Below are positions 1 to 10,014 of a DNA stretch of 20,537 nucleotides, piece after piece. The translations under genes and the position numbers were made by a program. Location: contig CAWCKW010000008.1 of assembly GCA_963796285.1 (NCBI GenBank), positions 1-20,537 on the forward strand. Direction: 5' to 3'. How positions within the stretch are numbered: position 1 is the stretch's first letter; the number at the start of each line of letters is the position of its first letter. Under the pieces are notes generated by a model, which ran no database searches, had not been told where the DNA came from, and saw only the letters and a list, made by a program, of their open reading frames with translations. This DNA is from Nitrospirota bacterium. Lineage in GTDB: Bacteria > Nitrospirota > UBA9217.

Positions 1-2187
1 GATAGCCTTAACCGGGGCGAATTGCGGCAGAGCCGATGCCATGTCGTTTATCAGGTCATCAAACGACTGTCGACCACTGGCTTCCGGCCTCCCGGCCGCT
101 TTCATTATATCTTTGATCCATTTCCAGCTTTCCTGAATGTCGCCGTGCGGTTTGAATACCTGAAAGAACCGCTGGGCACGTCCTTCATTGTTCACGAGTG
201 TGCCATCGGATTCGGCGAACGTGCCGGCTGGAAGAGCTATATCTGCTCTTGATGAAGTGGAATTGATGAGATGGTCAATTACGATGACGTTCTTCATATG
301 GTTCAGGAGGGCATCAACGGATTTTTGATCAGTTCTTCGGTAAAGGTCATTCTCAAGGATGATGATAGTGTCGACATTGTTTATACCCTCATCCCGGCCC
401 TCTTCTGCTTGGGGAGAGGGGGCTTTCAGTAATTCGTTCAGATTCTTCCCGTCCATCATTCCTAACCCGAGGCTGTTGCATTCAGGAACCGCGTAGCAGA
501 GTTCTGCTGGTTTGCCGCTTTCGCAGAGTGCCCAAGCGATGTTCGCAGCGGCCTGGATGATGGATTCGTTGGCCATGCTGGTGCCTGAGATGATGAGCGG
601 TTGCCTGGCGCTTTTCAGTGCTTCTGCGATCTCGCTGGCCAGAGGCGTCATATCGACGTTCCCCCTCACCTCGGTCCTCTCCCCGGCAGGGAGAGGGGGT
701 AAATCCGGGGCATCGGGGTTCAACTCATGGGCAATGGCATAGCCGAGTCTGGCGATATCATCGGGTGTCGCATGATATGTTCTCGTCGCAAGTGCATCGA
801 GCTTGGTGCTTACGATGGTCGCGAGATAGAGCGGCCCGGTCTCATTTTGAATGGCATTGCGAATGGCGTTGTCGTCCCACTCCGGGATGCGCATCGCGGC
901 TGATTTTTCCTTGGGTTTGTTCCGCATTGCCTGACGAAGTGCGAGGTCAAGCAGGGGAGCGGTGTTCGAGACGTCCTCGCCGAGGACCAGTACGGCGTCA
1001 GCCAGCTGAACATCGTGAAGCGAGGGAGTGCGCGCTGGGCCTTTCCGCAGAGTGTCGATGATGACGGAGACAAGTTTGTGGTCCGGTCCCGACATGCCGG
1101 AGTAGAAATTTTCGGGCCCGACAGCGTGCGGAGCGCGAAGTTTGATTCCAGCGATGCGCGGGGAGAGCCGATGCCGATGACGCCTTTGCTCCTGGAAAGG
1201 ACATCAGTAATGCGTTGCAGCACAAGTGCCTTGTCTGTCGGTTCCAGCCCCCCCTCACCCTGGCCCTCTCCCGCAAGGGGCGAGGGGTTAATAGAAGCCC
1301 CTCCCTTAACGGGAGGGGTGGAGGAGGGTGATTTTTCCAGTGGTTTCCTAATTCTCTTCTCGCTGTTCACGAATTCATAGCCGAACCGGCCTCGGTCGCA
1401 GAGGAAATAGCCATTCACTTCACTGTTGTACCGGTTCAGTATTCTGCCGAGCGTGCCGTACCGTTCGCCGGGGATGGTGTTGCAGCCCAGGCCGCAATGT
1501 ACGCAGATCGATGGCGCGGTCTGGAGGTCCCACTTGCGCGTGTAATGTCTGTTTGAACGTCTTATCCGTGAATACGCCGGTCGGGCAGATCTCGACGAGG
1601 TTGCCGCTGAACTCGCTTTCGAGCACGCCGTCCTCATGCCGGCCGAAATAGACATGGTCGTGCGACGCGAAGACATCGAAATCCCGGCCGCCCGCGTAGT
1701 CGCGGTAGAACCGGACGCAGCGGTAGCAGTGGATGCAGCGGTTCATCTCATGATTGATGAAGGGCCCGAGGTCCTGGTTCCGGTGCGTGCGTTTCTTGAA
1801 CCGGGTCCTCCGGTAGACGTGGCCGGTCATGACCGTCATATCCTGCAGATGGCATTCGCCGCCCTCGTCGCAGACCGGGCAGTCGTGCGGATGGTTCAGC
1901 ATCAGCCACTCGATAACGCTCGCGCGGAATTTCTTGGCCTCGGGATCGTCGATGGAGATGCGCGTGCCTTCGGCCGCCGGGGTCATGCAGGACATCACGA
2001 TCCTGCCGCGCGTGTCCTTCTCGTCCTTGAACTGCTTTACCGCGCACTGGCGGCAGGCGCCCACGGAATTCATGGCCGGGTGCCAGCAGAAATAGGGTAC
2101 GTCGAAGCCCAGGGAGAGACAGGCCTGGAGCAGGTTCTGGCCTTCCTTGACTTGGTAGGGTTTATTGTCGATGAAGATAGTGACCAT
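1..2187 (-). CDS. nuoG: NADH-quinone oxidoreductase subunit G; 3' end outside the window; several frameshifts
   Basis: N-terminus has [42 protein letters not shown] and ICPTG. Other frames continue with [11 protein letters not shown]...[10 protein letters not shown]. Manual translation of 740->1 gives an open frame with ...[28 protein letters not shown] at 2187. Confidence 0.93.
385..422. repeat. REP-like palindromic repeat (CCCTCA-type) inside nuoG
   Basis: ACCCTCATCCCGGCCCTCTTCTGCTTGGGGAGAGGGGG is a degenerate copy of the repeat at 4512-4548. It reads [12 protein letters not shown] in the NuoG frame. Confidence 0.75.
661..699. repeat. REP-like palindromic repeat (CCCTCA-type) inside nuoG
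   Basis: CCCCCTCACCTCGGTCCTCTCCCCGGCAGGGAGAGGGGG with stem CCTCTCCC/GGGAGAGG. It reads [13 protein letters not shown] in the NuoG frame. Confidence 0.85.
1248..1331. repeat. Inverted doublet of the REP-like repeat inside nuoG
   Basis: CCCCCTCACCCTGGCCCTCTCCCGCAAGGGGCGAGGGG (to 1287) plus an inverted copy CCCCTCCCTTAACGGGAGGGGTGGAGGAGGGTGA (1298-1331). It reads [28 protein letters not shown] in the NuoG frame. Confidence 0.88.
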
Positions 2188-2200
2188 ATAATGCAATATT

Positions 2201-2280
2201 TAGAAAGGATAACTGGACAAAGATCGGATTAAGAGAATTCTTGAGGCCTGTCTATCCTTTGAATCCTGTAATCCTGTCTA
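2201..2280. repeat. Imperfect inverted repeat (GACAGGAT/ATCCTGTC type) at the nuoF-nuoG junction
   Basis: Left arm TAGAAAGGATAACTGGA versus reverse complement of the right arm TAGACAGGATTACAGGA. A related degenerate unit (ATCCTACTATCCTGTC) lies upstream of surE. Confidence 0.55.
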
Positions 2281-3558
2281 AGGTTTTGCTTCCACGGGCA
2301 TTTCTTCTCCCGTATGTGCTTCTCAAAATCCTCCCTGAAATACTTGATCGCACTCTGGAGCGGCTCAACCGCGCCGGGCGCGAGGGCACAGTAGGTGTTG
2401 CCCGGGCCGAGAGTTTGCACTGCTGCGCCAGGATGTCGATATCGCCGGCTCTCACCTCTGCCTTCTTCGATCGCATGGAGAATCTTCTCGATCCAGGGCA
2501 GGCCTTCGCGGCAGGGCGTGCACCAGCCGCAGGACTCCCGTGCAAAAAAGACTTCAGAGGTTATGCACGAACCCGACAGGACAGGTCTTGTCATCGAGCA
2601 TGATCATGGTGCCGGTGCCCAGGCGGCTTCCGGCTTTCATGACCGAGTCGAAGTCCATCTTTACATCGAGATGGTCTGCAACAAGGAAGTCGGTTGACGC
2701 ACCGCCGGGGATCACGCCGCGGAATTGATAGCCGTCCCGCATGCCTCCCGCGTGCTCCTCCAGCAGTTCGCGGACTGGTGACGCCCATGGGCAGTTCCCA
2801 TGCTCCCGGCTTCTTCACCCTGCCGCTTACGCCGTACAGCTTGGTCCCGCCGTCGGGGCTCTTGCTCAGACCCTTGAACCAGTCAGCGCCGTTGTTCACG
2901 ATATGCGGCATGTTCGCGATCGTCTCGGCATTGTTCACGATCGTCGGCCTGCCGAAGAGGCCGCAGACCTGGGGGAAGGGCGGCTTCGCTCTCGGCGTGG
3001 CGCGTTTCCCTTCAAGGGCGTTCAAAAGCGCGGTCTCTTCGCCGCAGATGTAGCGGCCTGCGCTCCCATGGATGCGGAGGTCGAGGTTGAACCCGGAACC
3101 AAGGATATTCTTGCCGAGATAGTTGTGCTCATATGCTTCGGCAATGGCCGCTTCCAGCCGACTTTACCGCCAGCTTGTATGCCCAGCGGATGAAGATAAA
3201 GGCCTGCTCGTGCTTCAATGGCATAGGCGCTGATGATCACGCCCTCGATGATCTGGTGCGGGTCGCCTTCGAGAAGCAGGCGATCCTTGAACGTGCCCGG
3301 CTCCATCTCGTCGGCATTCACGACGAGATATTTGGCGCGGCGCGTTTTCTCCCATGGGAACAAAGCTCCATTTCGCGCCTGTGGGGAAGCCGGCGCCGCC
3401 GCGGCCGCGCAGGTTCGACGCCTTGACGATGTTCTGCACGTCCTGGGGCGACATGGCGAGCGCTTTGCGCACTGACTGGTACCGCCTGCCTTCTCGTAAT
3501 CTTTCAGAGAGAGCGGTTCCTGGCCAGGGCGGATGTTTTTTGTGAGCGGTCGTTCCAT
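2229..3558 (-). CDS. nuoF: NADH-quinone oxidoreductase subunit F (frameshifted as sequenced)
   Basis: Fragments across frames: [91 protein letters not shown] at 3558. The exact stop is uncertain. Confidence 0.92.
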
Positions 3559-3643
3559 AGTAAAATCGTTAAAGTCAGATTCAAGGTTCAGACTAAAGTG
3601 CTGCAGATCAAGATTTTCATAGCCTTTGTCAGTGAATCTGTTT

Positions 3644-4106
3644 CTACTTGTATTTTTCAGTATCTCATCCATCATCTCCGGTGTCACGGGCCCGTACAGG
3701 TCCTCATCCACCATCATGGCCGGGGCGCGGTCGCAGGCGCCGAGGCAGGAGATGGGGAGCAGGGTGAAACGCTTGTCCTCTGTCGTTTCCCCGAAGCGAT
3801 ACCGAGTTTCGTCTTCAGAAGGTCCAGCAGCGGATTGTATCCCATGACCCAGCAGCTGATGCTGTCGCAGACCAGGATCACATGCCTTCCCACCGGCTTC
3901 CGGAAAATGAAGCTGTAGAACGTGGCAACGGCGTCGAGTTCGTCGGGCGTCATGTCGAGCATGCTCGCAACGTCCTTGAGGCTCTCATCGGAGACCCAGC
4001 CGCGGTGATGCTGAACGATGTTGAGCGCGTCGATGGACGCGGACTGCTTCGTGACGCAGTGAGCCAGTTCGGCGTTGATTTCCTGTTTTTCTTGTTCGGT
4101 GAGCAT
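3644..4106 (-). CDS. nuoE: NADH-quinone oxidoreductase subunit E (frameshifted as sequenced)
   Basis: [27 protein letters not shown], then [16 protein letters not shown] in a shifted frame. Probable end KKYK-TAG at 3644 if one A is missing from a homopolymer run. Confidence 0.9.
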
Positions 4107-4117
4107 AATGTAATTAA

Positions 4118-4548
4118 CCTCCTCTCCCCAGGGGGAGAGGATTGAGGTGAGGGGGTAATTGTCTTACTCTGTTGCTCTTATAATGATTTCACAAACACTC
4201 TCAGTATTCATTAAAATGTCCCTATCGCTGAAACGATAATATCGTATGCCTTGTACTTCCAAAGCTTTTTCGGATCTAACTTGTATCTTTTGTTACTCCT
4301 TCATCGGCATAGTGCTGACCGCCGTCTGCTTCAACGGCGATCTTGCATCAGGTGCATAGAAGTCCAGGATATACTTGTCTATAGAAAACTGTATTCTGAA
4401 TTTAATCCGAGCCACTCGCCGATCACGTAAGAGCCACCAAAGTTTTCTTTCCGCGTCAGTCAGATTTCTTCGAAGCTTTCTGCTTCTAGGAATATTGGGT
4501 CGTTTCAACTTCCCCCCTCACCCCATCCCTCTCCCCGCAGGGAGAGGG
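4118..4548. mobile_element. Repeat-flanked DUF559 nuclease cassette inserted between nuoCD and nuoE
   Basis: An AT-rich gene bounded by two oppositely oriented hairpin repeats: CCTCTCCCCAGGGGGAGAGGATTGAGGTGAGGGGG (4121-4155) and CCCCCCTCACCCCATCCCTCTCCCCGCAGGGAGAGGG (4512-4548). Mobility is inferred, not shown. Confidence 0.6.
4164..4508 (-). pseudogene. DUF559 / Vsr-like endonuclease with about 2 frameshifts (decay or sequencing error)
   Basis: RKLRRNLTDAERKLWWLLR, KFRIQ, YILDFY. A shifted frame gives AVEADGGQHY, then LEVQGIRYYRFSDRDILMNTESVCEII to TAA at 4164. Confidence 0.8.
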
Positions 4549-4558
4549 AAATTTCTAA

Positions 4559-6314
4559 TCATCTGTCCAGGTCCGCCAATATAAAATCAATGCTCCCGAG
4601 GATCGCCAGAAGGTCGGCGATCATCAGTCCTTTGCTGATCTTCGGCACCATCTGCAGATGCGGGAACGAAGGCGTCCGGATGCGCGTCCGGTAGGACATG
4701 GTGCTGCCGTCGCTGATCAGATAGTAGCCGTTGTTGCCTTTGGTCGCCTCGATGCCCATGAACGCCTCGCCGGCGGGATCACCGGCCCCAGCTTACGCCG
4801 AGGAAATGGGTGATGAGCGTCTCGATGTCGTGCATGGTGCGTTCCTTGCGGGGAGGGGTCGTGAGCGGATGGTCGGACTTGTAGGGCCTGCGGGCATGTT
4901 GTTCACGCACTGTTCGATGATGCGCAGGCTCTGGCGCATCTCCTCGACGCGGACCACGCCGCGGTCGTAACAGTCGCCATGGGCTGCCGTGGGAATATCG
5001 AACTCGAAGTTCTCATAGCCGGAATAGGGCCGTTTCTTTCTGAAGTCCCAGTCGAATCCGCAGGCGCGGAGCCCGGACCGGTCACGCCCCATTCAATGGC
5101 CTCGTCCATCGTGTAGATCCCGACGCCTTTGGTGCGGGCCTTGAAGATGCTGTTCTGCATCACGATCGTGTCGTATTCCTTGAGCCGCGGAGGCAGGTAG
5201 GTGAGAAAATCGCGCACGAGCCGGTCCCATCCCTTCGGCAGGTCCTGGCCACGCCGCCGATCCGGAACCATGCGGGATGCATGCGGCCGCCGCAGACCGC
5301 CTCGACGATGTCGAAGATGCGCTCGCGGTCCGTGAACATGTAGAACACCGGCGAGAGCGCGCCCACGTCCTGGGCAAAGGTGCCGTACCAGACGAGATGG
5401 CTCGCGATGCGGAAAAGCTCCGCCATCATGACGCGGATGGTCTTGGCCCGGTCAGGCACCTCGATGCCCGCGAGCTTCTCCACGGCAAGGCAGTAGGCCA
5501 TGTTGTTCATCACGCCGCCCAGGTAGTCGACGCGGTCGGTGTAGGGAATGTAGGTGTGCCAGGACTGGCGCTCGGCCATCTTTTCGGCGCCGCGGTGGTG
5601 ATAGCCGATGTCGAGCACGGAGTCCTTGATCTCCTCGCCGTCGAGCTGCAGGATGAAGCGGATCAGGCCATGGGTGCCGGGGTGCTGGGGACCGAGGTTC
5701 AGGAACATGAAGTCCGTGTCTTCCGTCTCGCGCTTCATGCCCCAGTCTTCGGGCCTGAACTTGAGCGCCGTCTGTTCGGCCTCTTCTTTTTCATCAGGCA
5801 GCTGGAACGGGCCCATCTCGGTGGCGCGCGCAGGATGGTCCTTGCGCAGGGGATGGCCTTTCCAGGTCGGCGGCATCAGGATCCTTTTCAGATGCGGGTG
5901 GCCGTCGAACTTGATGCCGAACATGTCCCAGACCTCGCGCTCGTACCAGTTGGCTGACTGCCAGAGATTGGTGATCGTCGGAAGGGCGGCGGATTGCTCC
6001 GGTGAGCGGGACCTTGATGCGGATGTCCTCGTTCCGGTCAAAGGAAAGGAGATGGTACACGACCGTGAAGTCGCTCTCCGGCTGGTCCTGGCGATGATTG
6101 CGCACGCGCTCGTCGATGGCCGTGAGGTCGTAGAGCATCTTATAGGGACGGTCGATGGCTGTCTTGAGATGGCGCAGAACATCGTGACCTTGTCGCGCGA
6201 CACCCAGAGCGTGGGGATGTCGTCGCGCGTGGGCTGTACCGCGAGAATGGAGTCGCCGAAGGCGGTTTTGAGGTCATCGATGATGGGATTGTTTGGGGCA
6301 TAGAGTGAATGCAA
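4559..6314 (-). CDS. nuoCD: NADH-quinone oxidoreductase fused subunit C/D (frameshifted as sequenced)
   Basis: [64 protein letters not shown]-terminal DFILADLDR. The C and D motifs are in one open frame. Start uncertain. Confidence 0.93.
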
Positions 6315-6403
6315 ATGTCAAATTACAAAGCTCAGAGCTTAAAGGAATGTTAAAACATCAATGTTTAATTTGATAATTTTGAGTCTGTATTTAATATCCT
6401 TTT

Positions 6404-6478
6404 TCGTCATGCCGGACTTGATCCGGCATCCAGCGGTTTTATGAAAAGACTGGATTCCTGCCGCCGCAGGAATGACGA
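6404..6478. repeat. REP-like GTCAT...ATGAC double-hairpin element
   Basis: Termini TCGTCAT/ATGACGA. Internal hairpins ATGCCGGA-CTTGA-TCCGGCAT (6409-6429) and ATTCCTGC-CGCC-GCAGGAAT (6454-6473), joined via ATCCAG/CTGGAT. Confidence 0.85.
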
Positions 6479-6561
6479 GCTTAAGAGAAATAGCAATGAA
6501 AATCAAACTATATTTTATAGTTTGATTTGTACTTTGGATTTTGAAATTTGAGCTTATTCCC

Positions 6562-7175
6562 CTACACTTCATCAGGCGATCTCAGGATAGTGGCCTTTTG
6601 CCGCTCTTCCCGCTTCAGGTCCCGCATGCACGGTTTCTCCGGCCGCACGATGCCCTGCGGCCCGGCGACCCAGCTCAGGGGCCTGCGTTCCTTGCCGACC
6701 TGTCACGCAGCATCAGCAGGCCTTCCATGAAGGCCTCGGGCCGGGGAGGGCAGCCGGGCACATACACGTCAACGGGCATGAACTTGTCCACGCCCTGGAC
6801 CACGCTGTAGATGTCGTACATGCCGCCGGAGTTGGCGCAGGAACCCATGGAGATGACCCATCGCGGCGCCATCATCTGTTCATAGAGCCGCTTGATGACC
6901 GGCGCCACCTTGATGAACACCGTACCGGCGACGATCATCATGTCCGCTTCTCGCGGCGTGCCGCGGATCACCTCGGCGCCGAAGCGCGCGATATCGTATT
7001 TGCTCGTCAGACTCGTGGCCATTTCAACATAGCAGCAGGAGAGGCCGAAGTTGAACGGCCAGATGGAGTTCTTCCTCCCCCAGGCGAGCATGTCCTGCAG
7101 CGTCGTGAGGATCACGCTTTGGCGCATCGCGTCTTCCGCGGAATCGTGGTCAGGTCTGGTGAAAGAGTAGTTCAT
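6562..7175 (-). CDS. nuoB: NADH-quinone oxidoreductase subunit B (one frameshift near 6700)
   Basis: [37 protein letters not shown]. The tail [10 protein letters not shown]...LRSPDEV-TAG is in a shifted frame. Confidence 0.95.
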
Positions 7176-7253
7176 GAAGCCTTTCGGAAAGTTCAAATGT
7201 CAGGATTCAAAGTTCAAATCAATCCTTAACCAAAAAATTAAATTTCACGCTTT

Positions 7254-7679
7254 TTATTTTTTTATTTCAACTTGATCTTTGAACTTTGAAATCGATTTTG
7301 CAAATGTTCCCCACTCCAGTGCGCCGATCCGCCAGAGATAGACGAGCGTGGCAGTCAGGACACCGATGAAGACCAGCATCTCCCCATAGCCCAACCATCC
7401 ATTCTCCCTGATGGACACTGCCCAGGCAAAGATGAACACGGCCTCGAGATCGAAGATGACGAAGAACATGGCGATGAGGTAGAATTTGATGTCAAAGCGC
7501 ACCCGTGCCGTGCCGGTGGACACGATCCCCGACTCATAGGGCTCATCGGTCTGTTTTTCCCGGTGCCGTTCGCCGAGGAGCGAGGAGAGGACGATGATGA
7601 TCGATACGAGGACGATGACTGCGAGGAAATACACGCCGAGCGGCCAGAGCGCGGTTGTGTCTGCTGTTGGTTGCGTCAT
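7254..7679 (-). CDS. nuoA: NADH-quinone oxidoreductase subunit A
   Basis: PYESGI, KFYLIAMFFVIFDLEAVFIFAWA, three hydrophobic segments, GALEW. ATG at 7679. Confidence 0.95.
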   Translation of the reverse strand: MTQPTADTTALWPLGVYFLAVIVLVSIIIVLSSLLGERHREKQTDEPYESGIVSTGTARVRFDIKFYLIAMFFVIFDLEAVFIFAWAVSIRENGWLGYGEMLVFIGVLTATLVYLWRIGALEWGTFAKSISKFKDQVEIKK

Positions 7680-7685
7680 GTGCAA

Positions 7686-7713
7686 AGAATAGCACAGAGG
7701 GGGATAAAGTCAA
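7686..7713 (-). promoter_or_regulatory. sigma70-type promoter of the nuo operon
   Basis: Minus strand TTGACT-16 nt-TATTCT with an extended -10 TG, 6 nt before the nuoA ATG. Confidence 0.6.
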
Positions 7714-7816
7714 GCAGGAGATGACTGCAAACAGGTGACACTGCTCGACGCTGGAATATAGGATGCGCATGCGGGGCAAGTCATACGTGGTGCTTCATTT
7801 GTTATCAGCGGGGAAC

Positions 7817-7844
7817 AAAAAAAAGCGGGGCATCTCTGCCCCGC
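7817..7844 (-). terminator. Intrinsic terminator after the octaheme cytochrome
   Basis: Minus strand GCGGGGCA-GAGA-TGCCCCGC followed by T8. Confidence 0.9.
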
Positions 7845-7854
7845 CACAGTGTTT

Positions 7855-9201
7855 CTATTTTGCGGTTGTACCGCCATACCGCTCATTGTAGAACTTCTGG
7901 ATCTTTTCAAGCTGCTCTTTGGTCATGCCCTTGGTATACCACTCGTGCCTGACATCGGTCTCGAGGTATTTTTTCACGATCTCGCTATAGAGCTCCGGAC
8001 CGGCAACGTTCTTTACCTCGGGCAGGAATTCGGTATAGAAGTTCTTGGCCACATCATAGATACCATGCCACCACGCATAATCGGGGCCGGACATGGCCGC
8101 GCCGTGCCGTGCTCTTCTGCCTTCATGGTGCCACAGCTCCCAGTATATCCAGTCCAGCTTGTCGTCGAAATTCGCCTTTGTAAGCTTGCCCTTGTCCATC
8201 AGTTCCTGCCTGATCGCGGTCGCGGGTTTTGCGAATTTGTCGTCATACAGATTGACAAGATTATCGAACTGTTTATAGAACCCTTCCACGAAGGGCGTTG
8301 AATGGCAGCTGCTGCAGACGTTCTGCATGGCAGCGCGCTTTTTATCCGCGTTCTCCATCTTCTTCGAAATGGGCGGCCGAAGCGTCCAGCTGATCCGGGC
8401 GCCTACGTCATGGGTCACTGCCTGTGTCGGCGTGGCGCTCATATGGCAGGTGGCGCAGGTGGGGGCGGCGGAATAATCCTGTCCAACGACCCACTTGTCC
8501 TTGTGCATGTTCATCCGTTCCTTGTTGGCCTCATACAGGATCCCGTGTTTTGATTCCTGGTATACTTCCATCTGCGGATGGTCAGGGCCGAGATGGCATT
8601 TACCGCAGGTCTGGGGCTCCCGCGCCTGCGCCTTTGAGAAACTGTGGCGCGCATGGCAGGCCGAGCAGGACCCCTTGGAGCCGTCAGGGTTTATTCGGCC
8701 GATGCCCGTGTTCGGCCAGCTGTTGGTATCGAGCTTGCCATTTGCAAGGACCTTGACAATGCCGCCATGGCACTGCAGACAGCCGACCGCAACGGCCTCC
8801 TGTCCACCCACGACCTCGCCGAGATAGTTGTCCGCGGAATTGAGGATGTCCCCGGCTTTGGCATGGTGGCTCTCGGTCATCTCCTTTTCTTCCTTAGCGT
8901 GGCATTTGCCGCAGTCCTTGGGAGTGACGAGGATCGCGATCGTATATCCATTGTGCTCCATGGCATCAGGATCGGACTTCTCCGCCTTGTGGCAGGTGTA
9001 GCAGTCTACGCCTTTTGCCGCGTGGGTGCTCAGCTTCCATTCCGTGACAAAGGCTGGTGACTGTGCCTCGTGGCAACCTATGCAGGCCTGACCTTCTTTT
9101 GATACTTTTAGCTTTGCCGCTTCGCCCGACCCGGCATGGAACGTCATGACCATGCTGAGCACCACTGATAGAACAATGATCGATACCTGGTTCCTTTTCA
9201 T
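7855..9201 (-). CDS. Exported octaheme cytochrome c, hydroxylamine oxidoreductase (HAO)-like family
   Basis: Signal peptide and eight CxxCH motifs (CIGCH, CYTCH, CGKCH, CLQCH, CSACH, CGKCH, CATCH, CSSCH). HAO-family segments CHLGPDHPQxEVYxESKHG, APTCATCHM and GPDYAWWHG. Confidence 0.85.
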   Translation of the reverse strand: MKRNQVSIIVLSVVLSMVMTFHAGSGEAAKLKVSKEGQACIGCHEAQSPAFVTEWKLSTHAAKGVDCYTCHKAEKSDPDAMEHNGYTIAILVTPKDCGKCHAKEEKEMTESHHAKAGDILNSADNYLGEVVGGQEAVAVGCLQCHGGIVKVLANGKLDTNSWPNTGIGRINPDGSKGSCSACHARHSFSKAQAREPQTCGKCHLGPDHPQMEVYQESKHGILYEANKERMNMHKDKWVVGQDYSAAPTCATCHMSATPTQAVTHDVGARISWTLRPPISKKMENADKKRAAMQNVCSSCHSTPFVEGFYKQFDNLVNLYDDKFAKPATAIRQELMDKGKLTKANFDDKLDWIYWELWHHEGRRARHGAAMSGPDYAWWHGIYDVAKNFYTEFLPEVKNVAGPELYSEIVKKYLETDVRHEWYTKGMTKEQLEKIQKFYNERYGGTTAK

Positions 9202-9666
9202 ACATTGACCCTCCTTTTCCTTGTTTATCTATTTTGATCAGCCCGGTGGCTTGCTCACTGTTCTTTAAATGACAATACGCTGTAGTGAGGAATCATGTTA
9301 TAATGTGGTTATTATTGTCTCTTTTGCCCGGAGGCTGAATTGGTACGTAATTGAAGGCCCCTCGTTATAGGGTGGCTTGGCTGAAAAATGAATAACAATC
9401 GCAATGGGAACGCACCTTATTGCACAAACGAACAGAAAAGTCATCATACCTCACGCCTCAGTATGTGCAGTGTGTTCCGGTATGCGAAGAATCGTAACAA
9501 ATCAAGTGTAGCATAAATTTTTTTATGTTATTTGAAATCACCAGTCAAGCCATTCTGGAAATGAAGACCTTTTTTATTAGCATAAAACGCATGCCGATGG
9601 CTATGATATGCATCATAGGTCCTGACCCTGGGCGCCTGATGTGGTTGGACAAGCGTGGATTTTGCC

Positions 9667-9695
9667 TTGACTTTGAAGTGCTTATGCACTATATT
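9667..9695 (+). promoter_or_regulatory. sigma70-type promoter of ihfA
   Basis: TTGACT-17 nt-TATATT, with RBS GAGGAGG downstream. Confidence 0.6.
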
Positions 9696-9717
9696 ATGCT
9701 CCGTAGAGGAGGTCTGT

Positions 9718-10014
9718 ATGACCAAAGCAGATATCATCTCAGAAGTTTTTGACAAGGTTGGCTTGCCGAAGCAGGAAGCGGAAGAATTGGTGGAGATGAT
9801 TCTGGATATGATCAAGCTGGTCCTGAAAGAGGGCGAGACGGTGAAACTTTCGGGATTCGGCAACTTCGTGGTCCGGAAGAAGAACTCGAGAAAAGGCCGT
9901 AATCCGAAGACAGGCCAAGAGATCGAGATCACGCCACGGAGCGTCGTTAGCTTCAGACCCAGCATGATTTTCAAAGAGCATGTCATCGAATCCCCAACAA
10001 CAACAGTCGAGTAA
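9718..10014 (+). CDS. ihfA: Integration host factor subunit alpha
   Basis: MTKADI, VKLSGFGNFVVRKKNSRKGRNPKTG, VVSFRPS. ATG 9718 follows GAGGAGG. Followed by merR and tRNA-Pro, the usual ihfA context. Confidence 0.9.
   Translation: MTKADIISEVFDKVGLPKQEAEELVEMILDMIKLVLKEGETVKLSGFGNFVVRKKNSRKGRNPKTGQEIEITPRSVVSFRPSMIFKEHVIESPTTTVE

Noticed and set aside
3022-3717. Apparent NuoE-NuoF fusion ORF
   Set aside because: One extra A in the run at about 3653-3657 gives a normal KKYK-stop. The linker looks intergenic and the region is full of indels.
385-4548. CRISPR array
   Set aside because: The repeats are dispersed, degenerate and in mixed orientation, with no regular spacers and no cas genes.
9341-9355. 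sigma54-like TGGTAC...TTGA site
   Set aside because: The spacing is one base short, the -12 GC is absent, and it points away from the cytochrome gene.
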